DNA of 60,530 nt, the filler included. It is 3 parts of 3 records of this genome, joined end to end, with 100 filler letters (N's around TTAATTAATTAA, not from the genome) between each part and the next. Parts side by side here need not be neighbours in the genome. Positions count along the whole stretch, not along the records: positions 12,337 to 43,805 come from DRR723986_1759; 2 more parts are not named here. One strand, 5' to 3'. Positions 26,919 to 38,340 of the stretch are shown one piece after another; positions within the stretch are counted from its first letter, which is position 1; every line of letters begins with the position of its first letter. Position numbers and translations under genes: made by a program. The notes beneath the pieces were generated by a model. It did no database searches. It was not told the DNA's origin and saw only the letters and a list, made by a program, of their open reading frames with translations.

Positions 26919-28082
26919 TCAGGCGGCCAGATCTGCGACCACTGCATCGAGCACGAAAAAACCTTCACGGGTTGCGCGAATGCGGTTTTCCCCGATTTCT
27001 TCCACCATGCCATGCTCTATCAGGGCTGCCAGACGGAGCGGATCGATGGAGCGGCTCGCATAACGCTCGTAGCGTTTCAGGTCGATCCCCTCGGTCAGCC
27101 GTAGTCCCATGAGCAGGAATTCGTCGCCCTGCTCCTCTTCGGAAAGACCGGCGTTTTCGGTCAATGCATGACCGTGGCTTTCGACATTTTCCAGCCAGGT
27201 TTCCGGATGGCGCTCGGTGGCGGTTGCAAGCTTGCTGACACCCACCGTGATGCGCCCATGGGCACCGGGCCCGACGCCGACATAATCGCCGTAGCGCCAG
27301 TAGACGAGGTTATGCCGGCATTCGGCGCCCGGACGGGCGTGGTTGGAGACTTCATAGGCGGGCAGACCGGCAGCAGCGGTCACATCCTGCGTCAGTTCAT
27401 AGAATTCGGCGCCGAGATCCTGATCCGGCATCTTCAGCTTGCCGGCGTGAAACAGCGTATGGAAGGGCGTGCCTTCCTCGATCGTGAGCTGGTAGAGCGA
27501 CAGGTGATCGGCGGCGAGTGCGATGGCCTCGTTCAGTTCCTGTTCCCAACCGGCCAGTGTCTGACCCGGCCGGGCATAGATAAGGTCGAACGACAGGCGC
27601 GGGAAGGTTGCCCGCGCGGTTTCGATGGCGGTGCGGGCCGTGCGCGCATCATGCAGGCGGCCAAGCAGTCTCAGATCCGTATCGATGAGCGACTGCACGC
27701 CCAGCGAGACCCGGTTGACACCTGCTGCCCGGTAGCCGCGAAAGCGCTCGGCCTCGACCGACGAAGGATTGGCCTCCAGCGAGATTTCGACGTTCTCATC
27801 CAACGACCAGCGATCGGAAACCGCCTTCAGGATGCGGTCCACCGTCGCCGGTTCCATGAGCGAAGGCGTGCCGCCGCCCAGGAACACGGACTGAACCGTC
27901 CTGCCCTTCGTCAAATCGGCGAAATGAGAGAGTTCCCGTTCGAAAGCGGCCGCGAAACGGGCCTGGTCGACCGGTTGGTGACGGACATGGGAGTTGAAGT
28001 CGCAATAAGGGCATTTGGCCGCGCAGAACGGCCAATGAATATAAATGCCGAAGCCTCCTTCGGCTGCCCCCACACCTGTCAC
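26919..28082 (-). CDS. hemW: Radical SAM heme chaperone HemW
   Basis: YIHWPFCAAKCPYCDFNSH, GGGTPS, YEVSNHA and HNLVYW; downstream of rdgB. Confidence 0.93.
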   Translation of the reverse strand: MTGVGAAEGGFGIYIHWPFCAAKCPYCDFNSHVRHQPVDQARFAAAFERELSHFADLTKGRTVQSVFLGGGTPSLMEPATVDRILKAVSDRWSLDENVEISLEANPSSVEAERFRGYRAAGVNRVSLGVQSLIDTDLRLLGRLHDARTARTAIETARATFPRLSFDLIYARPGQTLAGWEQELNEAIALAADHLSLYQLTIEEGTPFHTLFHAGKLKMPDQDLGAEFYELTQDVTAAAGLPAYEVSNHARPGAECRHNLVYWRYGDYVGVGPGAHGRITVGVSKLATATERHPETWLENVESHGHALTENAGLSEEEQGDEFLLMGLRLTEGIDLKRYERYASRSIDPLRLAALIEHGMVEEIGENRIRATREGFFVLDAVVADLAA

Positions 28083-28088
28083 GTCTTT

Positions 28089-28727
28089 TTATCCTTCCAG
28101 GCAGCCGGCAGAAAAGAGCTGGAATGCCCGCGCCCTGTGTGAAAGGGCGGATCCTTCCTTCGACCAGCCGTGTTTTTCTTCCGAGGTCATTTCGCCGAAG
28201 GTCCGCTGATGGCCATCCGGCTGGAAAACCGGGTCGTAGCCGAAGCCCTGCGTACCGCGCGGCGGCCAGACGATCTGTCCCTCGACCTCGCCGCGGAAGA
28301 ACTCTTCGCTGCCGTCCGGCCAGGCCAGGCACAACACGGCAACAAAAGATCCCCGGCGCTTGTCGTCCGTCGTTGCGCCCAGGGTCTGAAGCTTTTCCTC
28401 GACAGTGCGCATGGCCATCGCGAAGTCCTTGTCAGGCCCTGCCCAGCGCGCGGAATAGATGCCCGGATCGCCGTTCAGTGCCGCAACGCAGAAGCCGCTG
28501 TCATCAGCCAGGGCCGGCAAGCGGGAAGCCTTGGCCGCCGCATGGGCCTTGATGGCTGCGTTTTCCTCGAACGTGACACCTGTCTCGTCCGGTTCCGGCA
28601 GGTCCAGCTCTCCGGCGGAGATCACTTCGAAGCCATAAGGCTGAAGCAGTTCGTTGATCTCGCGGATCTTGCCCTTGTTGTGGCTTGCGACAACCAGTTT
28701 GCCCGGTTCCAACTTGCGATGGCTCAT
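28089..28727 (-). CDS. rdgB: dITP/XTP pyrophosphatase
   Basis: [19 protein letters not shown] and SHRARA. Confidence 0.95.
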   Translation of the reverse strand: MSHRKLEPGKLVVASHNKGKIREINELLQPYGFEVISAGELDLPEPDETGVTFEENAAIKAHAAAKASRLPALADDSGFCVAALNGDPGIYSARWAGPDKDFAMAMRTVEEKLQTLGATTDDKRRGSFVAVLCLAWPDGSEEFFRGEVEGQIVWPPRGTQGFGYDPVFQPDGHQRTFGEMTSEEKHGWSKEGSALSHRARAFQLFSAGCLEG

Positions 28728-28738
28728 GGTTTGCGCCC

Positions 28739-29452
28739 TTAGAGAATGGCCATTTTCTGAAGATCGACCAGCTTGCCGATGCCCAGCTTGGCCAGGCCCA
28801 TGAGCTTGCCGAATTCTTCTTCGGAGAACGGTGCACCTTCGGCCGTTCCCTGGATTTCGACGATGCCGCCGGACCCGGTCAGAACGAAGTTGGCGTCGGT
28901 TTCAGCTGTGCTGTCCTCGGCGTAGTCGAGGTCGAGCACCGGGGCACCTTCGTAGATGCCGCAGGAAATGGCAGCAATGTGATCCTTCAGGACCTCGCCG
29001 GAGACCATGTCACGGGCCTTCATCCACTCGATGCAGTCGCGCAGGGCAACCCAGGCACCGGTGATGGACGCAGTGCGGGTGCCGCCATCGGCCTGGATGA
29101 CGTCGCAGTCCACCGTGATCTGGTTTTCGCCGAGGGCTTCCAGATTGACGACGGCGCGCAGCGACCGGCCGATGAGACGCTGGATTTCCTGCGTCCGGCC
29201 GGATTGCTTGCCGGCACTGGCTTCGCGGCGCATGCGGTCGCCCGTGGCGCGCGGCAGCATGCCGTATTCAGCCGTCACCCAGCCGCGGTTCTGTCCGCGC
29301 AACCAGGGCGGAACCCGCTCTTCCAGGCTGGCCGTGCACAAAACGTGGGTGTCGCCGAACTTGACGAGGCAGGACCCCTCGGCATGTTTGGAGACCCCGC
29401 GCTCCAGTGTGACCGCACGGAGTTCATCGGCTGCGCGTTTGGACGGACGCAT
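28739..29452 (-). CDS. rph: Ribonuclease PH
   Basis: [26 protein letters not shown] and [12 protein letters not shown]. Confidence 0.97.
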   Translation of the reverse strand: MRPSKRAADELRAVTLERGVSKHAEGSCLVKFGDTHVLCTASLEERVPPWLRGQNRGWVTAEYGMLPRATGDRMRREASAGKQSGRTQEIQRLIGRSLRAVVNLEALGENQITVDCDVIQADGGTRTASITGAWVALRDCIEWMKARDMVSGEVLKDHIAAISCGIYEGAPVLDLDYAEDSTAETDANFVLTGSGGIVEIQGTAEGAPFSEEEFGKLMGLAKLGIGKLVDLQKMAIL

Positions 29453-29623
29453 GCATATCCCTTTCGACTTTCGTTCCGGAAAAACCGCCGTTTCTCCAGT
29501 GTATTCGTTGGGGCCTTGTAGACCCCAACTTCCTTCGCCGTAAAGGCCTTGCGTTGTGATACTTCACGCAAGCCCCCTTTTGCGCCTATATCTTTTTGAT
29601 GAAAGCCCGGTCGACCCCGGTGA

Positions 29624-30697
29624 GTGGTCACATTCGGAGAACAAGCCTTGAGCCTCAGCGACCTCGACAAGAGATCCCGTGAAATCTTCCGTTCGATCGT
29701 GGAAACCTATCTGGAGACCGGCGAACCCGTCGGGTCCCGGAACGTTTCGCGCAAGCTCGGCATTTCGCTGTCCCCTGCCTCGATCCGCAACGTGATGTCT
29801 GATCTGGAACATATGGGCCTGCTGCATTCGCCGCATACCAGCGCAGGCCGGCTGCCGACCGAAATCGGGCTTCGGTTCTTCGTTGATGCCCTTCTGGAAG
29901 TGGGCGACCTGACCCAGGACGAGCGCCGGGCGATCGATGCCCAGGTGCGGGCGTCGCAAAAGGCGAATTCGGCCGAGCAGGTGCTGACGGAAGCCAGTCA
30001 GATGCTGTCCGGCCTGTCCATGGGCGCCGGCGTTGTCTTGACCCACAAGTCGGACATGCGGTTGAAACACATCGAATTCGTGCGCATCGAACCGCTGAAG
30101 GCCCTGGCGATCCTCGTCAGCGAAGACGGGTCCGTCGAGAACCGCGTTGTCGATCTGCCGGGCGACCTGCCGTCATCGGCTCTGGTGGAGGCAAGCAACT
30201 ACCTCAATGCCCAGATCAAGGGCCGGACCCTGTCGGAAATCCGCTCCGAACTGGAAAAGGTCCGCGATGCGGACCAGGCCGAACTGGATCTCTTGAGCCA
30301 GAAGGTCATTGATGCGGGTCTTGCGGTCTGGGGCGGGGAAAGCGCCACCGATCCGGGCACGCTGATCGTGCGGGGCCGGTCCAATCTCCTGACCGATCTG
30401 GACGCCGTTGAGGATCTGGAGCGCATTCGCCTGCTGTTCGACGATCTTGAAAGCAAGAAGGATCTTATCCAGTTGCTGGGTCTTGCCGAACAGGGCGACG
30501 GGGTGCGCATTTTCATCGGCTCGGAGAACAACCTGTTCTCGCTGTCCGGATCCTCCCTGGTGGTGTCGCCCTACAGGGACAGCAACCAGCGCATCGTCGG
30601 TGTTCTCGGTGTCATCGGGCCGACCCGGCTGAATTATGCAAGGGTGATCCCGATGGTCGACTACACCGCCCGGCTGGTGAGCCGGATACTCGGATAA
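29624..30697 (+). CDS. hrcA: Heat-inducible transcription repressor HrcA
   Basis: [29 protein letters not shown] and [10 protein letters not shown]. Confidence 0.96.
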   Translation: MVTFGEQALSLSDLDKRSREIFRSIVETYLETGEPVGSRNVSRKLGISLSPASIRNVMSDLEHMGLLHSPHTSAGRLPTEIGLRFFVDALLEVGDLTQDERRAIDAQVRASQKANSAEQVLTEASQMLSGLSMGAGVVLTHKSDMRLKHIEFVRIEPLKALAILVSEDGSVENRVVDLPGDLPSSALVEASNYLNAQIKGRTLSEIRSELEKVRDADQAELDLLSQKVIDAGLAVWGGESATDPGTLIVRGRSNLLTDLDAVEDLERIRLLFDDLESKKDLIQLLGLAEQGDGVRIFIGSENNLFSLSGSSLVVSPYRDSNQRIVGVLGVIGPTRLNYARVIPMVDYTARLVSRILG

Positions 30698-30793
30698 ACC
30701 TGCCGGATACCGGATTTCCCGAGCGGGCACGGGCTTGACCTGCCGCCGCCGCCACCCCCATGTGTACCCGAGACCAGCCAGACAGGACCTGAC

Positions 30794-31597
30794 ATGCTTT
30801 CGCCCGCCGAACTGGAACGCTACGCCCGCCACATCGTGCTGCAGGAGATCGGCGGTGCCGGCCAGCAGAAGCTGAAAAATGCCCGCGTGCTGGTGATCGG
30901 TGCCGGCGGCCTCGGCGCGCCGGTGCTGCAATATCTGGCAGCCGCCGGTGTCGGCACGCTCGGCGTTGCCGACGACGACACGGTGTCTCTTTCCAACCTG
31001 CAGCGGCAGGTGATCCACGATACCGACCAGCTGGGCGAGCCCAAGGTTGCCAGTGCGTCAGAAGCGATTGCGCGGCTAAACCCCAATGTGAAGGTCGAGC
31101 CGCACCCCACCCGCCTTGCCGGCCACAATGCCATGCAGCTCGTTTCCCGGTACGACCTCGTGGTGGACGGGTCGGACAATTTCGACACCCGCTACCTGGT
31201 GTCCGATGCCTGTTTCTTTGCGCAAAAACCGCTGGTGACGGCCGCCGTTGGCCAGTTCGACGGCTCGTTGACCACCTTGAAGCCCTTTGAAACCGGCCCG
31301 GACGGCACGGCCAACCCGACCTACCGTTGCCTCTTCCCGCAAAAGCCGCGCGACGGCCTGCTGCCGACCTGTGCCCAGGCCGGCATTCTGGGTGCGCTGA
31401 CGGGCATCATTGGCGCCATGCAGGCCATGGAAGTGCTGAAGGAGCTGACCGGAACGGGCGAGGGGCTGGTTGGACGGATGATCCTCTTCGACGCCAGAAC
31501 CGTGCGCATGGAAACCATTCGCTACAAGCGTTCCGCGAAGAACCCACTCAACGGCGACACGCCGAAAACCTGGGCGGAGCTGCTGGAGGAGGCGTGA
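30794..31597 (+). CDS. moeB: MoeB/ThiF family adenylyltransferase
   Basis: RYARHI, GAGGLG, SNLQRQ and DGSDNFDTRY. Confidence 0.88.
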   Translation: MLSPAELERYARHIVLQEIGGAGQQKLKNARVLVIGAGGLGAPVLQYLAAAGVGTLGVADDDTVSLSNLQRQVIHDTDQLGEPKVASASEAIARLNPNVKVEPHPTRLAGHNAMQLVSRYDLVVDGSDNFDTRYLVSDACFFAQKPLVTAAVGQFDGSLTTLKPFETGPDGTANPTYRCLFPQKPRDGLLPTCAQAGILGALTGIIGAMQAMEVLKELTGTGEGLVGRMILFDARTVRMETIRYKRSAKNPLNGDTPKTWAELLEEA

Positions 31598-31681
31598 CAC
31601 GAGTTCGCCCTCCCGCAGGGAGTGAGAAACCTGCTGTTGGCCGCTTCCCTCAAGTCTGACCGGACAGTCTTTCGGGCAAAC

Positions 31682-31712
31682 AAAAACCCGCCCCGGTTGC
31701 CCGGGACGGGTT
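31682..31712 (-). terminator. Terminator after secB
   Basis: aacccgccccgg/ccgggacgggtt stem with an A-tract on the plus strand. Confidence 0.7.
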
Positions 31713-31737
31713 CCGTGAAACTGTGGTCTGACTGACC

Positions 31738-32241
31738 TTAGTTCGGCTTCTGCTCGGTCGCCTGCTGGGCAGCGGCCTGCTGGGCCATGTTCTGGCGGTA
31801 GAGCTGAGCGAAATCGATCGGGTCGAGCATCAGCGGCGGGAAGCCGCCGTTACGGGTCGCTTCGGAAAGGATGTTGCGGGCGAACGGGAAGATCATGCGC
31901 GGGCACTCGATCATCACGAACGGATGCATGTGCTCTTTCGGCACGCCGGTGATCTTGAACAGGCCTGCGTAGACCAGCTCGACGTTGAACATCACCATGT
32001 CCGGGCGTTCTGCCTTGGCGGTCAGGGTCAGGACGACTTCAAACTGATCGTCACCGATCTGCTGGGCACCGACGTTGACGTTGATATCGAGCTTCGGCTG
32101 GTCGCCCTGTGCCAGGGAGCGCGGCGCATTCGGGTTTTCAAAAGACAGGTCCTTGATGTACTGGCCAAGGATGTGCATGCCCGGCGCTGCTGCGCTTTCC
32201 GCCTGCGGCTGAGCGCCGCCGTCATTGGTGTCGGTCATCAT
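31738..32241 (-). CDS. secB: Protein-export chaperone SecB
   Basis: QYIKDLSFENPNAP, ECPRMIFPFAR and GGFPPLMLDPIDF. Confidence 0.96.
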   Translation of the reverse strand: MMTDTNDGGAQPQAESAAAPGMHILGQYIKDLSFENPNAPRSLAQGDQPKLDINVNVGAQQIGDDQFEVVLTLTAKAERPDMVMFNVELVYAGLFKITGVPKEHMHPFVMIECPRMIFPFARNILSEATRNGGFPPLMLDPIDFAQLYRQNMAQQAAAQQATEQKPN

Positions 32242-32436
32242 CTCATTCCGTTGCGCGGTGCTGATCTGAAATGAAGAGCTATTAAATCCCTCCGGCTGGC
32301 CGCCGGCCCGCGTGATCCGGACAGCCGTGTTAGCGGGTGGCTACCACTTACGCCTTGTCGGCACAAGAGCCCCGGCCTTGCCAGCCGCCGGAATCCGCTT
32401 CAAAAGAGGGAAGTTGCCGTTCTCCAAGAAGTCCAG

Positions 32437-33843
32437 ATGCACGAACAACCGACATCCAATATCACCCTGCCGCACCGGCGCCTGAAACTCGACACGCTGG
32501 TGCGCCTGCGCTGGCTTGCCGTGGGTGGCCAGTCCGCAGCGCTCCTGGTCGTGCATGTCGGTCTCGGCTATCCGACGCCGGCCGGACCTGCCTTTGCCAT
32601 GGTGGCCCTGTCCGCCTGGCTCAACATCTTCCTTAAGATCCGGTGGCCCTCGGCCATGCGCCTGTCGGAACGCGCCGCAGCCCTGCAGCTTGCCTATGAC
32701 ATCCTGCAGATGAGCGGGCTTCTGTTCCTGACCGGCGGTCTGGGCAATCCATTCGCGTTCCTTCTGATGGCACCGGTGATGGTGTCCGCGACGGGCCTGT
32801 CGGCCCGTTACACGGTGATCCTCGGTATTCTGGCCACGGTTTGCGCCAGCCTGGTTGCGGTTTTCCACCTGCCTCTGCCATGGCCGGTGGGCGACGACTT
32901 CTCGCTTCCGATCGTCTATTCGGTCGGCATCTGGACCGCACTCGTCTCCACGCTCGGCTTCATGGCGATCTATGCGTTCCGTGTGGCCGAAGAGGCCCGC
33001 CAGATGGCGGACGCGCTTGCGGCAACCGAACTCGTGCTTGCCCGCGAGCAGCATCTAAACGCGCTTGACGGGCTGGCCACCGCGGCCGCGCATGAACTCG
33101 GCACACCGCTCGCCACCATCTACCTGGTGGCCAAGGAGCTGTCGGACGAATTCGAGGCGAGCGACCCCAGGGCCGAGGACGTGGACCTGATCCGCTCACA
33201 GGCCGAGCGCTGCCGGTCGATCCTGCGTCAGCTCACGAGCCTGTCGAGCGAGGAAGACCGGACCTACCAGCGCATGCCGGTGTCGCAACTGCTGGAAGAT
33301 GTTGTCGATCCGCACAGGGGCACGGGCGTTGCGATCCACTCCACCGGGTCCGGAACCGGCGCCGAGCCGGTGGGCACACGAAACGCGGCAATCCGTTACG
33401 GACTTGGCAACCTGCTGGAAAATGCGGTCGACTTTGCCAAGACCCGCGTCGATGTGTCCGCCAGTTGGGACGAAACGACACTCTCGATTTCCATCAAGGA
33501 CGACGGCCCCGGTTTTTCGGTCGAAATTCTGGGCAAGATCGGCGACCCCTACGTTTCCGTGCGCGGCGGAAAGTCGCCGCAACGCGGCACCGGCGGAGGG
33601 CTTGGCCTTGGCATCTTCATTGCCAAAACCCTGCTGGAACGCACGGGTGCCAAGCTGCATCTGGAAAATTCGGCCCCACCCCAGACAGGGGCTCACATCC
33701 GCGTAAGCTGGCCGCGCAAGGTGTTTGAACAGGACGGCAGAGTGGACGAAACGGCTTTTTCACCCCATAACGGCAATAAAGCGCAAACAATGCATGCTGT
33801 GCCCGTGAATCCATCCGGGGTGCAGGAGAAGACGCAAGAATAA
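32437..33843 (+). CDS. regB: Redox sensor kinase RegB/ActS/PrrB
   Basis: TM region with GGLGNPF quinone motif, AAHELGTPLATI and QAERCRSIL redox Cys. Confidence 0.93.
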   Translation: MHEQPTSNITLPHRRLKLDTLVRLRWLAVGGQSAALLVVHVGLGYPTPAGPAFAMVALSAWLNIFLKIRWPSAMRLSERAAALQLAYDILQMSGLLFLTGGLGNPFAFLLMAPVMVSATGLSARYTVILGILATVCASLVAVFHLPLPWPVGDDFSLPIVYSVGIWTALVSTLGFMAIYAFRVAEEARQMADALAATELVLAREQHLNALDGLATAAAHELGTPLATIYLVAKELSDEFEASDPRAEDVDLIRSQAERCRSILRQLTSLSSEEDRTYQRMPVSQLLEDVVDPHRGTGVAIHSTGSGTGAEPVGTRNAAIRYGLGNLLENAVDFAKTRVDVSASWDETTLSISIKDDGPGFSVEILGKIGDPYVSVRGGKSPQRGTGGGLGLGIFIAKTLLERTGAKLHLENSAPPQTGAHIRVSWPRKVFEQDGRVDETAFSPHNGNKAQTMHAVPVNPSGVQEKTQE

Positions 33844-33858
33844 GACCGGTAGAGCCAA

Positions 33859-34416
33859 ATGACGGACCAGACACCTGCCCTGAACAGTTCGGAGGACATG
33901 ACCCTCCTGATCGTTGACGACGACAAGCCGTTTCAGCAGCGCCTCGCACGCGCCATGGAAAAACGCGGCTTTACGACGGAAACAGCCGACAGTGTTCAGG
34001 ACGCAGCCGGCAAGATTGCCCAGAATGCCCCGGCCTTCGCCATTGTCGACATGCGGCTTGAAGACGGCAACGGTCTTGATGTCATCGAACAGCTTCGCCA
34101 GCGCCGTCCGGATGCCCGCGCCATCGTGCTGACCGGATACGGCAACATTGCCACTGCGGTCACGGCGGTCAAACTGGGGGCCATCGACTATCTCGCAAAG
34201 CCCGCCGATCCGGACGATATCGTTGCAGCGCTTGCGCGCAAGCCCGAAGACAAGGCGCAGCCGCCGGAAAACCCGATGTCGGCCGACCGGGTCCGCTGGG
34301 AGCATATCCAGCGGGTGTACGAGCTTTGCGACCGCAACGTTTCGGAGACCGCACGCCGGCTGAACATGCACCGCCGAACCCTGCAAAGGATCCTGGCAAA
34401 GCGCGCGCCACGCTGA
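33859..34416 (+). CDS. regA: Response regulator RegA/ActR/PrrA
   Basis: C-terminal MSADRVRWEHIQRVYELCDRNVSETARRLNMHRRTLQRILAKR. Confidence 0.96.
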   Translation: MTDQTPALNSSEDMTLLIVDDDKPFQQRLARAMEKRGFTTETADSVQDAAGKIAQNAPAFAIVDMRLEDGNGLDVIEQLRQRRPDARAIVLTGYGNIATAVTAVKLGAIDYLAKPADPDDIVAALARKPEDKAQPPENPMSADRVRWEHIQRVYELCDRNVSETARRLNMHRRTLQRILAKRAPR

Positions 34417-34516
34417 GAAAGCCGGGGCTTCCCGCCATTGCGGGCTTGCCCTTAGACTGCCACTTTGCCTAAGTATTCCCAAACGGTGCCAACCTGCGCT
34501 CCCACGGAGATCGCTT

Positions 34517-36397
34517 ATGCGGCTTGATGCTGCCCATGTTCTTGTTACACCCGCGCTGAAATCCGGCCTGCTGGCCGCGTGCAGTGTGGTTCTTATGATG
34601 TCGGCTTTGCCTGCACAGGCTCAATCGGTTCCCGAAACCGTGCGCATCAACGTGGAACCGCCGCAACCCGGCATCCGGTCCATCACCGTGAACAAGAAAT
34701 ACCGGCCGATCATCAGCCGCGACGACAAGGGTGTGGTCATCGACACGATGGGCAGCGACAACAAGTTGCCGCCCTGTGACGTCAAGCTTGAAGTCACTCT
34801 GGAAAACAGCCGCGTCCTGCATCGTGATGCCAGCTTCTGCTCCGGCGGCACGCTTGTGGTCGACGTCTCGAACGACGGCAAGCCGGGCGCGGTCGCCCGC
34901 ATCGTCGGCACAACTTCCGGAACGGCCGCCGGCCCGGTTTCCAATGCTCCGGCAGCAACACAGTCTTCCCAGCAGGATCGACCTGCCGAAGGACAGCAGA
35001 CCGCTTCCAACTCCAACGGAACATCGACCCCATCCGTTGAGGAAATCAAACCGCCTGCCGAAGAGGGCGGGCTGAAGCCGCTCGACCAGGTCGATACCCC
35101 GATTTCCGCACCCGGCACCGAAACGGCCTCCCTGCCTGATGACATCGACACGGTTACCGGTGACGGTTATCCGGGTGCCGCCAATTCCGAACCGGTTCTG
35201 GTGAGCCCGAACGAGGCGCGCGAGTGGCTGGCCGAACCGGGTACGCAGCCCGGAACACCATCGCTGCTTCAGCACGCCGTAGCGCAAACCGACGACCGGG
35301 ATTTCCGGGCCGATTGCACCACCCAGTCCGGGTTTGCCAAGATCACGTTCCAGCAAGCTCCCGCCGGGCTTCTGGAAGGCATGCCGCAGGCAGTGCGCAT
35401 TTCGGCAGGCGAATTCGACAGCGTCTACAATGCTTTCGGTTCTTCCAGCGCCAATGAAGCCGGCACGTCGCTGCCCGAAGTCAACATTGAAATGACCGAC
35501 CCGCTGTGGGAGGCCATGATCAAGCAGTCTGCCCTGTCGATCGCGGTCGAAGGCCTGCCTGCACACGAAGTTTCCCTGAAAGGCAGCGCCAACCCGGTGC
35601 GCCTGTTCGTTGCCACCTGCGCCCAGCCTCAGCAGATCGTTTCGGACGATGCCTACGGCAGCGGTGCAGAAGAAGCGAACTCGGATCTTTCCTGCTCCGA
35701 GGCAGGTCGGGTGCGGTCGGTCGAAGCCGTCCGGCCTGGTCAGATCGTGTTCCGAAACGCCAGCCGTCAGCCCATCGAGGTGAGCTGGGTGGATTACCGC
35801 GGTGGCGAGCGGCCCTACGCGCGCCTTGAGCCGGGGCAGATCCTGGAACAGCAGACCTATGTTTCCCACGCATGGACCGTGCGCGGTTCCAGTGGCGAAT
35901 GCCGGGGCATTTACGTCACAAAGACCCCGTACAGGGAAGTCGTTATCAACGGACCGGCGAACTTCGGTGCCCCCGGTAACAACGGCTTTGGTAACAACGG
36001 GTTCGGCAACAACGGCTTCGACAACAATGGTGGTAGCTGGGGTGCACCCAACGGTGGCGGTTTCGACGGTCAGCCCGGCAACGATTTCCCGTCCGGCCCC
36101 GTCCCCCCGGGATCCATCGAAGGCTCAAACCAGCCGAATTTCCAGCAACAGCAGACGGCTCGGGCCAATGTGGCCGACTACCTTTGCACCGCCGGCATAG
36201 ATCTGAATGTCGTGTTTTCGCCGGACATGCAGTCCGCAACCGTTGCCGAAATGGGCTATGGCGCAGTCACCCTGCAGAGACAGGGCAGCGCCAACACGTT
36301 CTATTACGAATCCCAGGGGCATGTGCTGAAGGGTCAGGTTCAGAATGCCACCTGGTCCCGTCCCGGATTGCGGGACGTGTTCTGCGCCCGCAGATAA
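34517..36397 (+). CDS. Secreted multidomain protein with VHL-beta-like and MliC-like domains
   Basis: Signal peptide (AQA); IVFRN..IEVSWVDYRG..Y..LEPG...QQTYVSHAW (VHL-beta-like); C-terminal YLC...SANTFYY (MliC-like); GNNGF repeats. Confidence 0.7.
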   Translation: MRLDAAHVLVTPALKSGLLAACSVVLMMSALPAQAQSVPETVRINVEPPQPGIRSITVNKKYRPIISRDDKGVVIDTMGSDNKLPPCDVKLEVTLENSRVLHRDASFCSGGTLVVDVSNDGKPGAVARIVGTTSGTAAGPVSNAPAATQSSQQDRPAEGQQTASNSNGTSTPSVEEIKPPAEEGGLKPLDQVDTPISAPGTETASLPDDIDTVTGDGYPGAANSEPVLVSPNEAREWLAEPGTQPGTPSLLQHAVAQTDDRDFRADCTTQSGFAKITFQQAPAGLLEGMPQAVRISAGEFDSVYNAFGSSSANEAGTSLPEVNIEMTDPLWEAMIKQSALSIAVEGLPAHEVSLKGSANPVRLFVATCAQPQQIVSDDAYGSGAEEANSDLSCSEAGRVRSVEAVRPGQIVFRNASRQPIEVSWVDYRGGERPYARLEPGQILEQQTYVSHAWTVRGSSGECRGIYVTKTPYREVVINGPANFGAPGNNGFGNNGFGNNGFDNNGGSWGAPNGGGFDGQPGNDFPSGPVPPGSIEGSNQPNFQQQQTARANVADYLCTAGIDLNVVFSPDMQSATVAEMGYGAVTLQRQGSANTFYYESQGHVLKGQVQNATWSRPGLRDVFCARR

Positions 36398-36573
36398 ATT
36401 TCAGACACACCTGTAAAAAACGACAGGTTTAATACTTGGTAGAAATCCGGACTGTCTGACAGTTTTCGGAGCCTTAATCGTTTTAACGGCATAAATCTTC
36501 TGTCTTCTTAAGCATTTGGTCAATTATTGAGAGGAAATCTTGTCGGACAGAGTTCGATAGGAATCACTTAACC

Positions 36574-38262
36574 ATGTCCTTCGCCCGTTGGCCCATTACC
36601 TGGAAGATCAGCCTCCCGATCGCGACCATTCTGCTGTTCACAGCCGCGATCTGTGTGGTCAGTCTCAACAGTCTTTATTCGGCGATGTTTGCGGAACGCC
36701 TCAAAAAGATTGAAGAAATCACCGAAGGCGCGGTTTCGATCGCCGCCTATTACCATGGCCAGGAAGCAAGCGGGAAAATGACCCGCGAAGAGGCCCAGGC
36801 CTCAGCCCGGGAAGCCATTGGCGCCATCCGGTTCGAAGGCGACAACTATGTCTTCGCCTATGACTACCAGGGCATGAACCTGGTTCATCCGAACGCAAAG
36901 CTCGTCGGCACCAACATGATCGGCTTCTCCGACAAGACGGGTGTGAAGATCGTTGCCGAACTGATCAAGGATGCCAAGGCCGGCGGCGGTTCGCTGCTCT
37001 ATTACTGGCCGCGCACAGCCGGCGAAGAACCGATTGAAAAATATAGCTGGGGTTCCGGTTTCGAACCCTGGGGCTGGATGATCGGCACCGGGGTTTACGT
37101 TGACGATCTCGAAGCTGCCTACTGGAGCGCTGCCACTTCGATCATCGCTCTGGCGCTTGTTGGTGCCCTGATTGCGATCGGCATTGCCTTTGTCGCCGTC
37201 CGAAACACGGTTCGCCCGCTGCGCGCGCTGACCGACAACATGAGCCTGCTGGCCGATGGCAACACCAGCATCACCATTGACGGCACCGACCGCGGCGACG
37301 AAATCGGCCAGATGGCAAGCGCCATGGAAGTTTTCGTCCGGAACGAAGCTGCACGGCGCGAACTTGAAGAGCAGCAGAATTCCAGCCAGGAAGACGCTGC
37401 CCGCAAGGGAGCTGAAATCCAGCAGCTCAGCGGCGACTTCGATCGTCAGATCATGGAAATGCTCAACATCATCGACAGCTCCGTGCAGAACCTGCAGGCT
37501 GCTTCCGCCGACATGACCGGCGTCGCGGCACAGACCACGGAACAGAGCGGTCGCGTTTCCAACGCCTCCTCCCAGGCAGCCCACAACGTTGAAACCGTTG
37601 CGGCGGCGGCGGAAGAACTGTCGGCCTCGGTCAACGAAATCCGCCGTCAGGTGCAGTCTTCCAGCGAGATTGCGGCCCGCGCTGCCGGAGAAGCCCAGGC
37701 AACCAACCAGCGCATGCATGGCCTTTCCGAAAGCGCCAGCCGCATCGGCGAGGTCGTGAACCTGATCCAGGCGATCGCCGAGCAGACCAACCTCCTGGCG
37801 CTTAACGCGACCATCGAGGCGGCACGCGCAGGCGAAGCCGGCAGGGGATTTGCGGTCGTTGCGGCGGAAGTCAAGGAGCTGGCCACCCAGACTTCCAAGG
37901 CGACCGAGGAAATTTCCAGCCAGATCACGGCGATCCAGGATGAGACCGGTCATGCGGCCAGTGCCATCTCCTCGGTTACCGAGATCATCAACAACATGAA
38001 CGAAATCGCCTCCTCCATTGCCTCTTCCGTGGAAGAGCAGGGCGTCGCGACGCAGGAAATCGCCAGCAACGCGACCGAAGCCTCGCGTAGCACGGTTGAA
38101 GTGACCACGAACATCGAGACCGTTGCAGCGGCTGCCGAAAACACCCGCGACACAGCGGAAAAGGTCGACAGCTCGGCCCAGCAGCTGAAGGAAAACGCCT
38201 CGATGCTGCGCAATCAGGTCGGCACCTTCCTGCAGGAAGTCCGCAAGCGCTCCGTGGCCTAA
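36574..38262 (+). CDS. Methyl-accepting chemotaxis protein (Cache-HAMP-MA)
   Basis: TM-Cache-TM, HAMP (DEIGQMA) and [30 protein letters not shown]. Confidence 0.96.
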   Translation: MSFARWPITWKISLPIATILLFTAAICVVSLNSLYSAMFAERLKKIEEITEGAVSIAAYYHGQEASGKMTREEAQASAREAIGAIRFEGDNYVFAYDYQGMNLVHPNAKLVGTNMIGFSDKTGVKIVAELIKDAKAGGGSLLYYWPRTAGEEPIEKYSWGSGFEPWGWMIGTGVYVDDLEAAYWSAATSIIALALVGALIAIGIAFVAVRNTVRPLRALTDNMSLLADGNTSITIDGTDRGDEIGQMASAMEVFVRNEAARRELEEQQNSSQEDAARKGAEIQQLSGDFDRQIMEMLNIIDSSVQNLQAASADMTGVAAQTTEQSGRVSNASSQAAHNVETVAAAAEELSASVNEIRRQVQSSSEIAARAAGEAQATNQRMHGLSESASRIGEVVNLIQAIAEQTNLLALNATIEAARAGEAGRGFAVVAAEVKELATQTSKATEEISSQITAIQDETGHAASAISSVTEIINNMNEIASSIASSVEEQGVATQEIASNATEASRSTVEVTTNIETVAAAAENTRDTAEKVDSSAQQLKENASMLRNQVGTFLQEVRKRSVA

Positions 38263-38280
38263 GGTCCGGACACCAGACGC

Positions 38281-38317
38281 AAAAAGCCCGCAGTCCCTCA
38301 AAGACTGCGGGCTTTTT
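38281..38317. terminator. Bidirectional Rho-independent terminator
   Basis: aaaaagcccgcagtc/gactgcgggcttttt between the convergent MCP and TetR genes. Confidence 0.85.
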
Positions 38318-38340
38318 CGTGTCTGCTTCCAAGTGGTATG

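Noticed and set aside
36420..36573. CtrA box upstream of the MCP
   Set aside because: TTAA half-sites are present, but none has exact N7 spacing.
36802..38301. 499-aa antisense ORF
   Set aside because: Shadow of the MCP gene.
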